Origin: Trichoplax sp. H2
Lineage: Eukaryota
Assembly: GCA_003344405.1 (NCBI GenBank)
Contig: NOWV01000174.1
Span: 1 to 64,000, forward strand
Length of the DNA: 64,000 nt
Direction: 5' to 3'
The notes below the pieces were generated by a model. The model was not told the DNA's origin and did no database searches. It saw only the letters and a program-made list of their open reading frames with translations. The translations under genes and the position numbers were made by a program. This document shows positions 25,183 to 38,200 of this stretch, one piece after another. Every line of letters begins with the position of its first letter. Positions within the stretch are counted from its first letter, which is position 1.

Positions 25183-27589
25183 TTAATTATAGGCTGCAAA
25201 ATCGCCAATATCTGGAACGTCTTCTGTCTTATAAGATGGATATAACCCATCCCAACCTTTACCTTGTACTCTTCCTTTAGAATAGCCATCCCAATGATTG
25301 CCAGCAACGGCTATAATATCTCCAACAGCTAGATCAATCTCGCCTTGACGACGAGCGGCATGAGGATAGATTGCCTTATGACGATGCATATTTTGTCCAC
25401 CGAAGTAATAAATATCATCAAGGGAGTGAAAATATTGAGAAGCGTCGTCATGGTATGTTTGCATAATTTCATAAGCAAGCCTACAAACCTATTCAATATT
25501 ATGTATAATAACAATAGGCAAATTAAAATCACAATCACTATATGCTGGTTAAAATCCATATAACGAAAATTCGATATTTTATATACCTGAGATGAAAACG
25601 TGCATACTAAATAATCAGTTTGTGCTAATATCTCGATATCTAATATGATACCCCGAAGAGATTGATCACTATAACGAGAACTAAGAGCCGCCGATTTAGA
25701 GGCTTGAGCATCGCTGACGAATACATAATCTTTATATCTAAGATAGTAAATCACAAGTAAATAAGGACGCAAATTTTAGTTTAAAAAATTCATAAATCAT
25801 TTTGGGATAATACTATTTTATGGATATACGCTGGTTTTAACGACAAGTTGACATCGAGTTGCAACGACACAATATCGTGCCAATTTTAGCAAATAGATAT
25901 TTGATATTAGTCATTGTTACACCTTTTTCTGGCTTCATCTACTACTTTTGGTTCGTCAGTTGCAATAAACACTCTCTTGACAGGCACTTTTGTTGTCCTC
26001 TTCAATTTTTGGTAGTACTCTTCCACATGAACCATGTATTCTTCAATATTGTGTAAGGCAGCTTCACTATTGATTTTATCGGTCCTTCTGACATGAATTC
26101 TAGATTAATGTGATTATTGAAATATGAAGGTCTCTTACGTTTGTGGATGATAAGAAACGAGTACAATAAAAGATTATGTATTGGTATTGTTATTCTCAAG
26201 GTATCTGTACAATTTCATTAACTAAAATATTAAAAGTAATAATAGGGGTGTTTACCAGCATTTTGTCATGATCAATCTATTATTACTTTATGAAATATTC
26301 ACATGACAAGTTATTCAAGTAATGGTAGCTAGTTGTGCTATTGAACTATTAAAGTATCAACAAAGTAGCTACAAGAATAGAATAGAATTAAATAAATAAT
26401 CGTAGTAGTATCTTATCTATTAAAAATGGCCTGGGTTATTTCAATCGAGCTTTCTAGTAAAGTACAGTACAGTACTACATTGTCATTATCTAAATTACCC
26501 AACAATCGGCTTATCAAATTTAAGCTCTTTTTTCTTATCATCAATAAAATTTTGGGTAGTTGATTGCCATCTTAGGAGATATCGCATCATGTGTCCAACA
26601 AACCAAACAAATGGATGTCCATGATAAGTCAGTAAGGTTTCCGACATATCTTTAGGTATAGCCAAGGGCAAATACGACGGTCTTCGGGTAATACCATCAC
26701 TAATAGGTAAATGGACGAGAAGATCAGCATCATTATGGCCGTCCCATGGGCTAGCCTGAGACTCTGAACCGATCTTACAATTAGTACTCAACGGCTTAAA
26801 ATATCCTTCCCAGCCATTCTGAGGCATATAACGCCAACCATTGGTATCTAACAATAAAGTTCGTTTAGTAGCGTAAGCTACAATCAAGCAGTAAACAGCA
26901 TGATGCATTTGGCATCCATAGCCGCAACCTTTATTCAATTTGCACAACAGTTTCCTTGCTTTACTGCAATCGGCGGGGCTCTGTAGAGTATCGAGTCTGT
27001 CAGTGAGCAATTGTTTTAATTGATTTAATTTCTTGTGACGTACTTCTTTTAATCCATCAATATCACCCAACATTTCACCATCAATTCGTAAGGCAAATGT
27101 TTGATTAAGAACATAATCTAACATATCATTGACTCGTTGGCTAAGAGCATTATTATCAGCGGATACTTTCTTTAACTCAGATCGAATAAAATACCAGACT
27201 TCTTTAGCACCATTGACAATTCGACGTCGGACTTTTTCTCGTTGGTAACTGACTGTGGCTTGATTTTGACGATTGGACCACTTATCTTGAAATAGGTTAT
27301 TATTATTATTATTATTATCATTACTATTTTTCACAATTTCATTAGGTTTATCTTGATTTTGGCTCAGGCCTTGTCCGTTATTATTGTTACTGGATTTACG
27401 TACTAATTCTTGCAATCGATCATTCATATCCGATAATCGCTTGACTTGTAATTTAACCGCCTCTAATTCGGTTGCGTAGCCATCACACTGAGGTCCTTTG
27501 GACATAAAATAAGTTACAGCAACAAAAATGATAACAAGCCATAGAAACAAAAAAACCACGGGAAAACGCCTGTATGTAAATAGTCTCAT
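25183..27589 (-). CDS. FUT8: Alpha-1,6-fucosyltransferase (GT23), 574 aa; exons 27589-26499, 26099-25923, 25737-25587, 25488-25183
   Basis: Type II TM anchor, coiled stem, [23 protein letters not shown]-fucose motif, [35 protein letters not shown] and C-terminal SH3 ([18 protein letters not shown]). Intron phases 2,2,0 join in frame. Confidence 0.97.
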
Positions 27590-27718
27590 CTTTGCTATGA
27601 TACACTACTCCAATTAGAACAAAATAGCCGGATTTTCATGTAAACTGTTGGGATATCGTGAAAGGATTGGTGATATAAATCTTGAATCTTGAATGCTGGT
27701 CGTTTCTTCATACGAGAG

Positions 27719-27885
27719 CTACAGTACGTACAGTACAGTACAGTACAGTATGCAGTGATTCCTGATACTGTGTACTATACTCAGTGTACAGTACTGTACA
27801 GTATGTACAGTATAGTAATACAGTACAGTGTACAGTATGTACTGTACTGTACTCTTACACTGTACTGTACTGTACTGTACAGTAC
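27719..27885. repeat. Degenerate (ACAGT)n/(ACTGT)n pentamer microsatellite cluster upstream of the FUT8 ATG
   Basis: acagtacagtacagtacagta at ~27729 and actgtactgtactgtactgtac at ~27859; scattered copies continue to ~28250. Confidence 0.9.
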
Positions 27886-28326
27886 AACGTGATCCTTTTC
27901 GTTTTAGATAATTTAACACTCATGTTTTGCGACATTTTGAGAACGAAATTCATCAAAATTGTTACGTGTGGAAAGATATATAAAACAGAAATTTAACTAC
28001 GGATTCGAAATCTTCAACTAATGCACTATCGTTTGAACTACTTTTTACATGATTTGGTCAATATGAAAGCATTTACAGTACTGATTTAATTAATAATCTG
28101 GAACGAAAAACACTCACGCTGTACAGTACAGTGTAACGTGAACACGTACTGTACACTGTACACTGCAGTATCCATGTTTAGCCATTCATGGGCTCCATGT
28201 GCCTTTTGAACAGTAGATAGTTCTGTACTGTACTGTACACCACTGACTGAGAAACTATTGTAGTCTGCGCTGTAAGGTTTGCATCCCGTCCCAATTTTGT
28301 TTCCCTCCATTGGTTGGGGCAGAGTG

Positions 28327-28569
28327 GTTTCAGCGAAAGTGTCCATTCCTGCATTGGCTATTGATAGGCAATTCTAAAGCCGAAAACTGTCGTACTGCTC
28401 CCAGCCTATACAGTACTGTACATTGAGTATACAAGTGTACGACTCGTACATTCGTTTCAGCGTTAGTGTCCATTCCTGCATTGGCTATGGATAGGCAATT
28501 CTAAAGACCAAAACTGTCGTACGACTCCCAGCCTATACATCAAGTATACATGTGTACGACTCGTAGATT
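28327..28569. repeat. Tandem duplication of a ~120-bp unit (28327-28452, 28454-28569) containing a CCAAT box on the minus strand
   Basis: gtttcagcg..agtgtccattcctgcattggcta..gataggcaattctaaag..aaaactgtcgtac..ctcccagcctataca..gtataca.gtgtacgactcgta occurs twice. Confidence 0.9.
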
Positions 28570-31302
28570 AGTAGTAGTGTTTCCATAACCAATCTGCATT
28601 GTTTTGCAGTATTTTATTTCGACTACCGACATGTCCAGTTGTACACAGTACAGCATTCATGGAGATGAAAAGCCATTAAACAATCAATAATGGGATTGCA
28701 TGGAGCACCGCTGTACAGTACTAGTGGTCATGATGTAGTGTACTGTACATTGATACACCATGGTTCCACTAACTTCGACATTTGTAACGGGAAAGTCTCA
28801 CGGCAAAGAGACTACTGTACTCTTCGTCGAAACTTTCATTCTGTGCTTCTACTCTTCATTCTACTACTGTAACCTCCAGTCTATATCTTCTTGAAGTATA
28901 CAATACATTACTATCAAGTGAACATGCATACCAACGAAAACGGTTTAGGTAGCGTTAGCCAATAACACACACAACAACTCAGCTAAAATGTCGCAATCTA
29001 AACTCTGCAACGACTTAGTTTAAGATCATTCATAACATAAAATAGATCTCAAAATGAGTCAGAAACATAGCTCCAAGGTTCAATTTAGCAGTTGACAAAG
29101 CGAAAACATCGCCATCCGAAGATGACGGCTTTCGGATAAAAGATCACAAGTATAGCATAGGTCATTTTAAAAAAACCTCTAGGGGTCAGTCATACCATGA
29201 CAATGACCTTGATTATATTAAAAATAAATAAATCATATAAATAATTCCCAAATAAATAATGATGAAAGGACGATAATGCCTAATTATACTACATTAGTTG
29301 TCGCGGTAGACCCTTAAGCCTTAAGGTATACATTAATTATAACCAGGGACTTCTTGATAAAATAAGAGAAAAGAGATAGTTATAACACTGAATACTTTCT
29401 ATGAAGTAAATAGCCATATGCGATGATCGATTGTCAACCAAGGACAGAACTAGTATAATTTTGCATTCTACTATTCACTGCAACAGCTGCAGAGGACTTC
29501 CCAGTACATTACGAAACTGCACAGTAAATCCAATTAGAGTACAGTGCTTGAGTACTGAATTTAAAAGTAGTTAACTGTAATCCGTCGCGTGCTTCACTGA
29601 TTGTGACAATTTTTGTCATAGTAATAGTGTGAGATTGCAAACTGTTCCGAAGCATAGAGATATCGAAAACCCCTCAAAATCGTTGCTATTGCTCATGATG
29701 TTAAAGACTTTCCTATATCAATCACCTATTCGAGTAAAAAAGAAGGGAAAAAGGAAAGCATGAAAGACTATGGCCAATTGGCCATGCCAAGGTACATACA
29801 TCGGGGAGGCTTTTAAAAGGTACATGCGCAATGTCAACCATCGATTAATGCTTGTTGTTGTTTTTCCCCATCCATATCATAATAATAAGGGTACAGCCAA
29901 GTATAGTATGGAGCCTCCTTCATGATCGATGGACAATGAATCTATCATAACAATAACACGTCGAAATGAATAAAAACAAAATTGCAGCTATCGATACTTT
30001 CTAATCGAAATGTAGCATTCGATTTCTTGTTAAGTCACTACTAGAACAAGACTTTTAGAGTACATTCAATCATCTGTACTACTTCTCTGATCGAGTTTAA
30101 AAGTTAAAGTAATGTCCTAAGTGGTCGAATGATAACTTGCTAATACGATCGTATTATATATCGTCATACTACTGTATACTGTATGACATATATAGCAGTA
30201 CATCGGAGGACACCAACGAACTCGAATAGACGAGACTTTGATTCGATCTGAATACGAGAAGCAAGCAGTATGAATTGAATAATGTAGTATCTACTGCCCC
30301 AGGCGTTATAAAGTGAATAATAATAAATAGCACGAATGGCGTTCAGTATTATCTTCCGCTATACAGTATTATCATGAAGGATGAAAGGAAGCTCAATTAA
30401 TTAACGTTATCCAGTAATACTCGATTACTGATTTTTTTTCTCCTTCTCACTGATTTCACACAAAATCCCTCAATTCAACACTCACTATGATTAAACTAAC
30501 ATTGAATTTATTTCCAAAGTATCTCCCCTTTTTGCTTCAAATTACACATACGTACATTTTATATTGGCAATGATAAAGTTGAAAATCGATCAAATCGCTG
30601 TAGGAGATATTATTTAATAACATAAAGTTGCACTTGCAAGTACAGTACTATAAACGACAGAACGGTACTTCCGTTGCACTGCACGTAGGAATAAGAAGCC
30701 CTAAATTTTCACTCATCAAAGGGAATAGGTACCTTAAGCAAAAATCAAATTGGACTATATTATAACCTATCCTTTTCTATACAGAAAAAAAGTAGTCTTT
30801 GTGAAAAAAAAAATTGATTTTGAGTGCATAGTACAACCGAGAGCAAACGGCAAACCAATTGCCTAATTCACTTTTTCTATCTCTGACGACAATGAAATGT
30901 TCTACAATATACTGTAAAATACGCGTAGAAAAAGAATCAAATTCAATTTCTACTTGGCATCGATGTTAAAAGTTTAATAATTGAGACCTAACAAGTATAC
31001 AAAATCGAAAGTAATGCTCTTAATACTTTTAAAGCAAAAGAATAAAGTTTCCTATTAAAGTACTATTTGTAAGGCAATGAATTAATATGCATGTCGATAG
31101 GATAGACTGTACTGCATTATAAACCTGTGTATACGAGTAAGTATACAAATCAGAAGACAAACGGAGACTTTATCGTGCCAGAAAATTAGCCAAACCGTTA
31201 AATCGAGATGACCGTCAATTAAAATCTAAATAACATAGACATGTTCGTACGTTATACTAGTTTTTATTATTAATGTTATACCATAATCTAATTAGCCCAC
31301 GC

Positions 31303-32046
31303 TTAAGCTATCCAGAGATCTTTCATCATCAATGTGCAAGCGCTAGAGCCTTGTTTGGGTATGGAGGAAAATACTTTAACGCCACCATGCGTAAAGGTAG
31401 CATAATCGATGCGATGAACCTCTTTATAATTCAGCAAAGAATAGACTTTCTTAGAAGTGGATGATGGTGCCTCACATACGCTATACTTTAAGCCATTCTG
31501 TTTGGCTAAAGCATCACATAACGATATTAGGATAGAAGCGATTCCTTTACGTGCATTTTTTGTCATGACAGAAATCATAAATTGGTGCATGATTGTACCA
31601 TCGTTTTCCAACAATTCTGCCGGTATGGAAGAGTCCAACTTATCTAACAAATGCAATGTAGCATCGTATTGCGATTGAATCATAGCCAATTCGGCGTTAG
31701 TATAATTTGTTAAATCGGGTACTGTGCCGTAAGGAAAGGCAATTAAACATCCAGTAATTTCTCCAGAGTAGTTTTTCGCAACAATTCCATATTGTGTACC
31801 TACAGCAATTCTACAAAATTCTCGAGAAAATAGGAAATGATCAGCGGCTGTTACCTTCAGTGCAACACTCATGGGCTCGTAATTAGAATAACAAATGCCA
31901 GTTACTTTTGCCGCTTCAGCAATATCTTCTTCTTGCATTAAACTGTACGTGATATCATGTTGATCATCTGTGACTGTTTTATCTGGACTACTTATAAACC
32001 TTTCTACAATGGATACGATTTGATCACTTTTTTGAAAAATTTCCAT
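31303..32046 (-). CDS. GNAT N-acetyltransferase, insect-type arylalkylamine/dopamine N-acetyltransferase-like, 247 aa, single coding exon
   Basis: EPMSVAL helix motif, acetyl-CoA motif A (ISVMTKNARKGIASIL), EAPSSTSKKVYSLLNY, and C-terminal IDYATF...VF. First ATG at 32046; a probable 5'-UTR intron lies at ~32076-32150. Confidence 0.82.
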   Translation of the reverse strand: MEIFQKSDQIVSIVERFISSPDKTVTDDQHDITYSLMQEEDIAEAAKVTGICYSNYEPMSVALKVTAADHFLFSREFCRIAVGTQYGIVAKNYSGEITGCLIAFPYGTVPDLTNYTNAELAMIQSQYDATLHLLDKLDSSIPAELLENDGTIMHQFMISVMTKNARKGIASILISLCDALAKQNGLKYSVCEAPSSTSKKVYSLLNYKEVHRIDYATFTHGGVKVFSSIPKQGSSACTLMMKDLWIA

Positions 32047-33215
32047 GACCACATTCACGTTTTGTAATTTTAATCTGAAAGTCTCTCTTCCTTAATGTTA
32101 TCGTCAATAAATCAAAACTCAAGCCTTGAAAAAAATATGTAAGAATATACCGTGGTACAAGCTGTCGCTGATTACTTTATTTTCCTCACATTAATATCGA
32201 CGTGTAGTTGATACTTATCGTTAACCAGCTAATCACAAAATAAAGTAGTTAAGATTGTTTAGACCCTTATAGTCTTTATGGAATCAAATGATTAATCCAG
32301 CTAAAGCAATATTAATGACGTAAGTATCATGCTGAGTACTACCATTCTAATAACTTAATATAAATTACAATCATTTCCCTCCCGCCTAAAGCAAATAGAA
32401 TTATCATATGTATATCTAGTACATATTATAATACATGACTAAAACCACAATTATTGCGGACCATGATACGGTAATAATTTACATAATTTGCATTTTAATT
32501 CTACGTAGAAAATATCGCCACACGATAATTGTTCCTGACTTATTCTATATTGACATAACTGACCAGGCGGGTACCAGTAGCAAAACAAAGTTCAATCATA
32601 ACTATTTGCTACGTTATACGTAGTTCCCGTACTTATATTAATCCACTGATAACAATGGACAATATCTCCGGCATTCCATTCAATACGTTGAAGACACATC
32701 CAATTTAGCAATTAGAGAAAGAAATTAACCTGATAATAATACTTCCTAGGCATGCAACTAAATCAACATTGAACTCATTACTTTATAGAGGCGCTGAGCG
32801 TTAGACTTACACGAGGAATGTCTATGGAGTTGATTCAAGATAGACCAACCCTAACTAACTCTAGGCTTTGTCATTCAATTATAAAAATTATTAACTCGAT
32901 TTATTACATTAGTTTTTGGGTCTGCTTTGACATGAGATAAAGACATAACTGATCGTTCGTTGGAGATAATACCTGTTTCAATAAGCACAGTTTGGGTCTG
33001 AGATCAGATCTTATCATCAATCTACGTATTTATTTTATCCAAAAAGAAACTATTATCACGGGTACATTTCAGAAGAACATTAACATTATCATAGGAGATA
33101 CATATCCGCGTATCTTATTGGATATTCCATGGAAAATGACGCCAAAATCACAGTACAAATGAACTTTACGTCATTTTTCTGGTAATTAGCACGTCTCTGG
33201 GGTCAATACTTTTGG

Positions 33216-33456
33216 TATTCATTCTCCAGTAAATTGAAATGATCTTTTCTAGAAGAGAAGAGAATTAAACACTTTCATAAGAAAAGTTAATCAGTAAACC
33301 CACATTCTATATCACATTTATCGTCTCTTCTTAGAGCCGATATTTTAGCATTCATTCTCTAGTAAATTGAAGTGAAATTTTCTAAAAGAGAGGAGATTTA
33401 AGTACTATCATTAGAAAAACTATTCAGCAAACTCGTATTCTAAATTTCATTTTATC
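33216..33456. repeat. Degenerate tandem duplication, period ~133 bp
   Basis: attcattctc[c/t]agtaaattgaa.tga..ttttcta.aagaga...attta.. recurs at ~33216 and ~33349. Confidence 0.75.
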
Positions 33457-34819
33457 TATATAAGGAATTAATATAGATTATATATAATTGATATTAGATT
33501 AAATACGTATCAAATTTTTTATTTATAAGAAAGGATTTAAAGTGATGTTTACGACGGATATTCGTATTTTCAAAAGTGTTTTCGTAAACTTATATGATTA
33601 TTATGTCATCAAGATGGCAAAGAATCGCAACATTGATTAATAGTGCTAAGTTACTACCTCCTAATATAGTATATTTCGCAACCCATTATAAAACACTTTT
33701 TTACTGCTATTTATTAGCGACCGTATATAGATTATTATTTAATTATTAAAACATAATTCTTATATCTTTTTTCTACATTAACGAAATAATAATTCATTTA
33801 GAAATCTTAAATCTTTAGAAATCGTCTAAGATATGAATAATCGACCAAAAGTTGAAACTTATATCTATCCTCTATTACGTTATTTCTATTTCTAAGGTAC
33901 AGCAATGTACGTATTCGATTTTAAAAGACAACGCTATATGTGTATTTGTTACAAAAAATAATAGCCATCAAAATTAGGCTAAGAAATCACCAAAAAATTC
34001 GTAATAAGATAATTACTAAAAATCCACAACTTTCATTAAAGAATTATCATGCTGTCTTTTCTTTTATAAAGTATCATTTCCACATTTACACTAAGAAATT
34101 CGAACTTAATGATTAGTGTGCCGAATCCGTATCATAGAATTGTCACTCTATTTTCCTTTCTTAATTTATTTCTACATAATTAAGCAATTTGAACTTTAGA
34201 TAACGATGTGTACCGAATACTGATTCACTGAAATAATATTTATAAAATGAATTATTTATGTTATTCTATTGGATAAACCTATTGATTAGAAACATTACAC
34301 GCTGATCCCGATTTAAATTTTATACAGTACGTGTCTCCTTCTACTACGACGAGAACAATATCATCAAATATTGATCCAGATAATTTTACTACCACAATGT
34401 CACATTCCTAGCTTCAACTGGATGACAATTAACGTGAAATGCTAGAGACGTAGTTGACAATTTTGTTATTAAAGTTTTATAGTAAACTTTGAGATTTTAA
34501 TGTGTCAATCGGTATGTTAGATTAGGACCAAACATTTAGTTTGAAAGAATATGACGGTGAATTCAATGTAAAAGTTATGATTAATATTGAATATATTCTA
34601 AAATGTAAAGCGATTGATCGAAAGATATCACCGGCTAATCTTGACTAATAAGCGAATATTTCTTTACCTACAGCGAACGTCGTAAGCTTTCTATCAAAGA
34701 ATAGTCATCATTATTACTTCTTTTTGATCCTTAATACAATGATCTCATTATCGGTAATCCTTGCGAAATTTTAATAAGTACTGATCAAATCATTGAACAC
34801 GTTAATAGATTAACTTTTA

Positions 34820-35205
34820 AAGCTGTCTGATCTCTATCTATTACACATAATAGTAGATAAAGTAATATAGTAAAACTCATATTATATCTAAGTTTTTGAT
34901 AACATTATCCCACTATGGTGTTCAAGCTCTACTACAAGAACAAACCATATTTAGCCAATATCTATATCTTAACAATCTATTTAATACGTTATTAGACTGA
35001 TTTTGTAAAACTATCTGATCTCTATGTCTATTTTTAACAATAATATTTTATGCCCATAATGGAAGAGAAAAGTGTCGTACCAAAATTCATATTGCCTGTA
35101 AATTTAGCAGTTTTGAAGTTTGGTAAAATTATTCCACCATGACATTCAAGCCTTACTGCCGAGATAAACCATATCTAGACAATATCTGTATCGCAACAAT
35201 ATTTT
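34820..35205. repeat. Degenerate tandem duplication with indels (~34820-34982, ~35009-35205)
   Basis: Shared blocks tctgatctctat, tcatatt, ttcaagc..tact and aaaccatat.tag.caatatct.tatc..aacaat occur in the same order. Confidence 0.65.
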
Positions 35206-38200
35206 TCGAATTTTTTTAAATTAAAAGTACCTTCAAGTACGCGTAGTAATATACCGTAATATACAGATACTGAAATTTATATTATACTTAGTAAACAAGT
35301 AACCGATGTATTGGATGGTTGGTTATAATAACATATCTACGCAAACTATTGTGAAAAGGATCAAGCTACTTTACATTAATATTTTTAATGACTACTAGAT
35401 AGCCAACATACTTAAAAATTCAACTGCTAGCTCTGCCTACATGTATGAATGCAGAGGAATGAAGGATCAATAGGCTACGAAAATAATGTTAAACCTCCAA
35501 AATTTCATTGTAAACAACTTGTGCAGCGGCTGCATGAACTGGAAGTCATAAAATTGATTTTATTGTACTTTTATGGTAGATTTTTTCCGTGATTGATATT
35601 ATTTAATGTGGTAGAGAAAAGTTAAGATCCACTAAGCCTAATTATTCTATCACAGGTGTTCATCGATTTCCATCTTTTAAAGTATTCTCTTACAAAAAAA
35701 TTTTATATTGTAATTTGGTAAGAACATTGAATTCAGTAATTAGTGACCTTAGCAGAAGCAACAAGACTAAATTGCAAAAGTGAGATCTCATCCTGCAAAA
35801 CTTACTGTTTATAATCGTTTAATTAAGAGAATACAATGTGGCCGAAATTTTAAGACATATTTGATGATTTTATTATGTAACTAAAATGTCACAGAACGGC
35901 TTTTAACCATATGAACTGCGGTGAGCAAGCAAAATAGGAGACATGAAATCCATGAGGTCTTTTTTGGCGATTTTAACCGTACGAGTAGCAATATGATAGT
36001 ATTTTTATTTTCCTATGCTATCAAAAGATACAAGCAGTGATAAACTGTAACTCACGTAGATTTAATGGCTGCCCCCGAACTAGCACTGTCTATCTAAATG
36101 CGTTAACGGCAATACTTAGAAATTGGGCATTAACTTTTTCACGAAATTATTTATATTTTATTGACTTATCAAATACTAAACTACTAAAATATTGCGTCAA
36201 TATTAATTCTGTCGACCCAAAATTCGACGGATCTTGGCATTGGCTGCAAGCAGCTTATTATTTAATTTCATTTCATTAACTCCCTAGTAAGTATAAATAG
36301 TTAATATAGCTTCCATTCCGTCTGATATTTATACTTTATTGTGACATTCATCACTCCTGTATTCTAAATTTCATTATTTACGTCATTGACAAAGATATGG
36401 TTTGCTGACGGACATCTACTGGAATTAAGTGGCACACGAACAGAAAAATTTTAATTTGATGGTGAATTTAATCAATGCGTTGTGCGTTACTCCTTTTGCT
36501 ACTGTGATATGAAGTCTTTATTTAACAAAAATTATCCAATCATAAAAGACGTTAATAGCTGAGATAGGTTGATAATTAGTTGTAATTTTTCCTGACTACA
36601 TGTTCTGTATCATTCTCGCAGATATTTATAGGATAATATCTATAAATAAAATATATATCGACCAACAACAATATTTTCATAATTATTGCAGAGGATGGAA
36701 TCGCCGCAATTTGATTGCAAGTAAAATATCGAAAGTAGTCCAAGGTTTCTGTTAGAAATTGTTTTGATAATTGATTTCAACTATCAATAACGAAATAACA
36801 TCTTCGCAACGTCAGCTAGTAAAGTATACTATAGCTTTTATCGGGTGTATATTGTTAGTAGAAGCTAGCTATAGGAGATTCACTTTCTTGCCTGGTGAAG
36901 GTAACGAAAATTAACGAATTGCCTGTACCCTGCAGAATATCTTTTGATATTACTTACGAGTAATAATATCCCATAATAATGCTGATAATATCATCGATCG
37001 ATGATTACTTCTTCTGTTAGATTGCAAATCATGAAGACTTTGGCGCGAGTTGGCAGAGTAAATCATTCGAATTTTAGTGAAATCTCTTCAAGTACTATAA
37101 GTAATGTAAATTAATTGTGTTAAAACAGAAACTAGAGTCATAGTAATATGCTTAGGTCAGGCACTTATTGAACGTTATACGGTATACTGTTGTTGATAAA
37201 CTAACAGATAATTCTTCTTATTGGCATAGCTATTTTTGCAAATTCGAACTGAATAAAACATGCGCACTCAGACACTCAATGCCATTGATTAAACACCATT
37301 TAGTGCTTGATAGAAGGCTTAAGTATCCTGCTTTCAAGGGATAAATAGACCAGATGGTCCTAAAAGATATATCGAGTATAGTTGTACAAACTAGTAAGAA
37401 AGTACATACGCTTACATAATCGTGCCTCAATCACTTGTTCTTTTAAATGTTTTTTCCTCAAGTTAGCTCAGACCTTTGGTCCCATCAATTTGAATTTTAA
37501 AGAAATCGTTGTATATCTATCGCACTGAATCAGGAAGTAGAATGGTAACCAGTCTACATTAATAAATAAATGAAACAACCATGAATCGTCTTATCAAGCC
37601 TTTTAACTGTCAATATTAATTGCAAATAGTTATTGTAGTCGAACACCTTTATGAAAACACTAACGTAAGAGCTTATTCATGCAATTCTAGTATACTTTCA
37701 TGGACCAAGAGTATAAGCAACTGCTGTTTCTATCGATAGTAATTCCATTTTTCTTTATGTTAGCTTATAGAATTACTGTTTGCTTGCTAATATTATATAT
37801 GAAAGTACGCATTACTTAATGTGAGAGCAATATAAAGGAAGACAACTTTAACAGATCTTGAACACAATAAGTACTATTTTGAACTACTGTAATTTTCAGG
37901 GAAACGTGTATCATTTCCTAGCCCTAAGCAATTAAAGATTCAACTTGTAAGCTTCCTTCGTAAGCTTACAAGTTTACAGTAATAAAGTTTTAAAAATACC
38001 CAAATTTTCCATACCAACCAATACAGCGAATGATGCCGCCTCAATCAATCAAACTATCAAAAACTAGAATTAAATATAAAATTCACAGAATCGGAATATT
38101 ATGCCTTCTCCAGTACTTCTTTATAGCTTACCTCACTTCTCCAATAATTTGCTAAACTATCGAACTACACCACTTTATATAAGCTTTTCAGAGCCTATGT

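Noticed and set aside
27689..28346. Y/S/T/V/Q/C-rich ORFs on both strands
   Set aside because: Translations of the ACAGT pentamer repeat.
27719..28569. CRISPR-like or tRNA-like interpretation of the repeats
   Set aside because: No constant repeat with unique spacers, no cas genes, no cloverleaf or A/B boxes; eukaryotic context.
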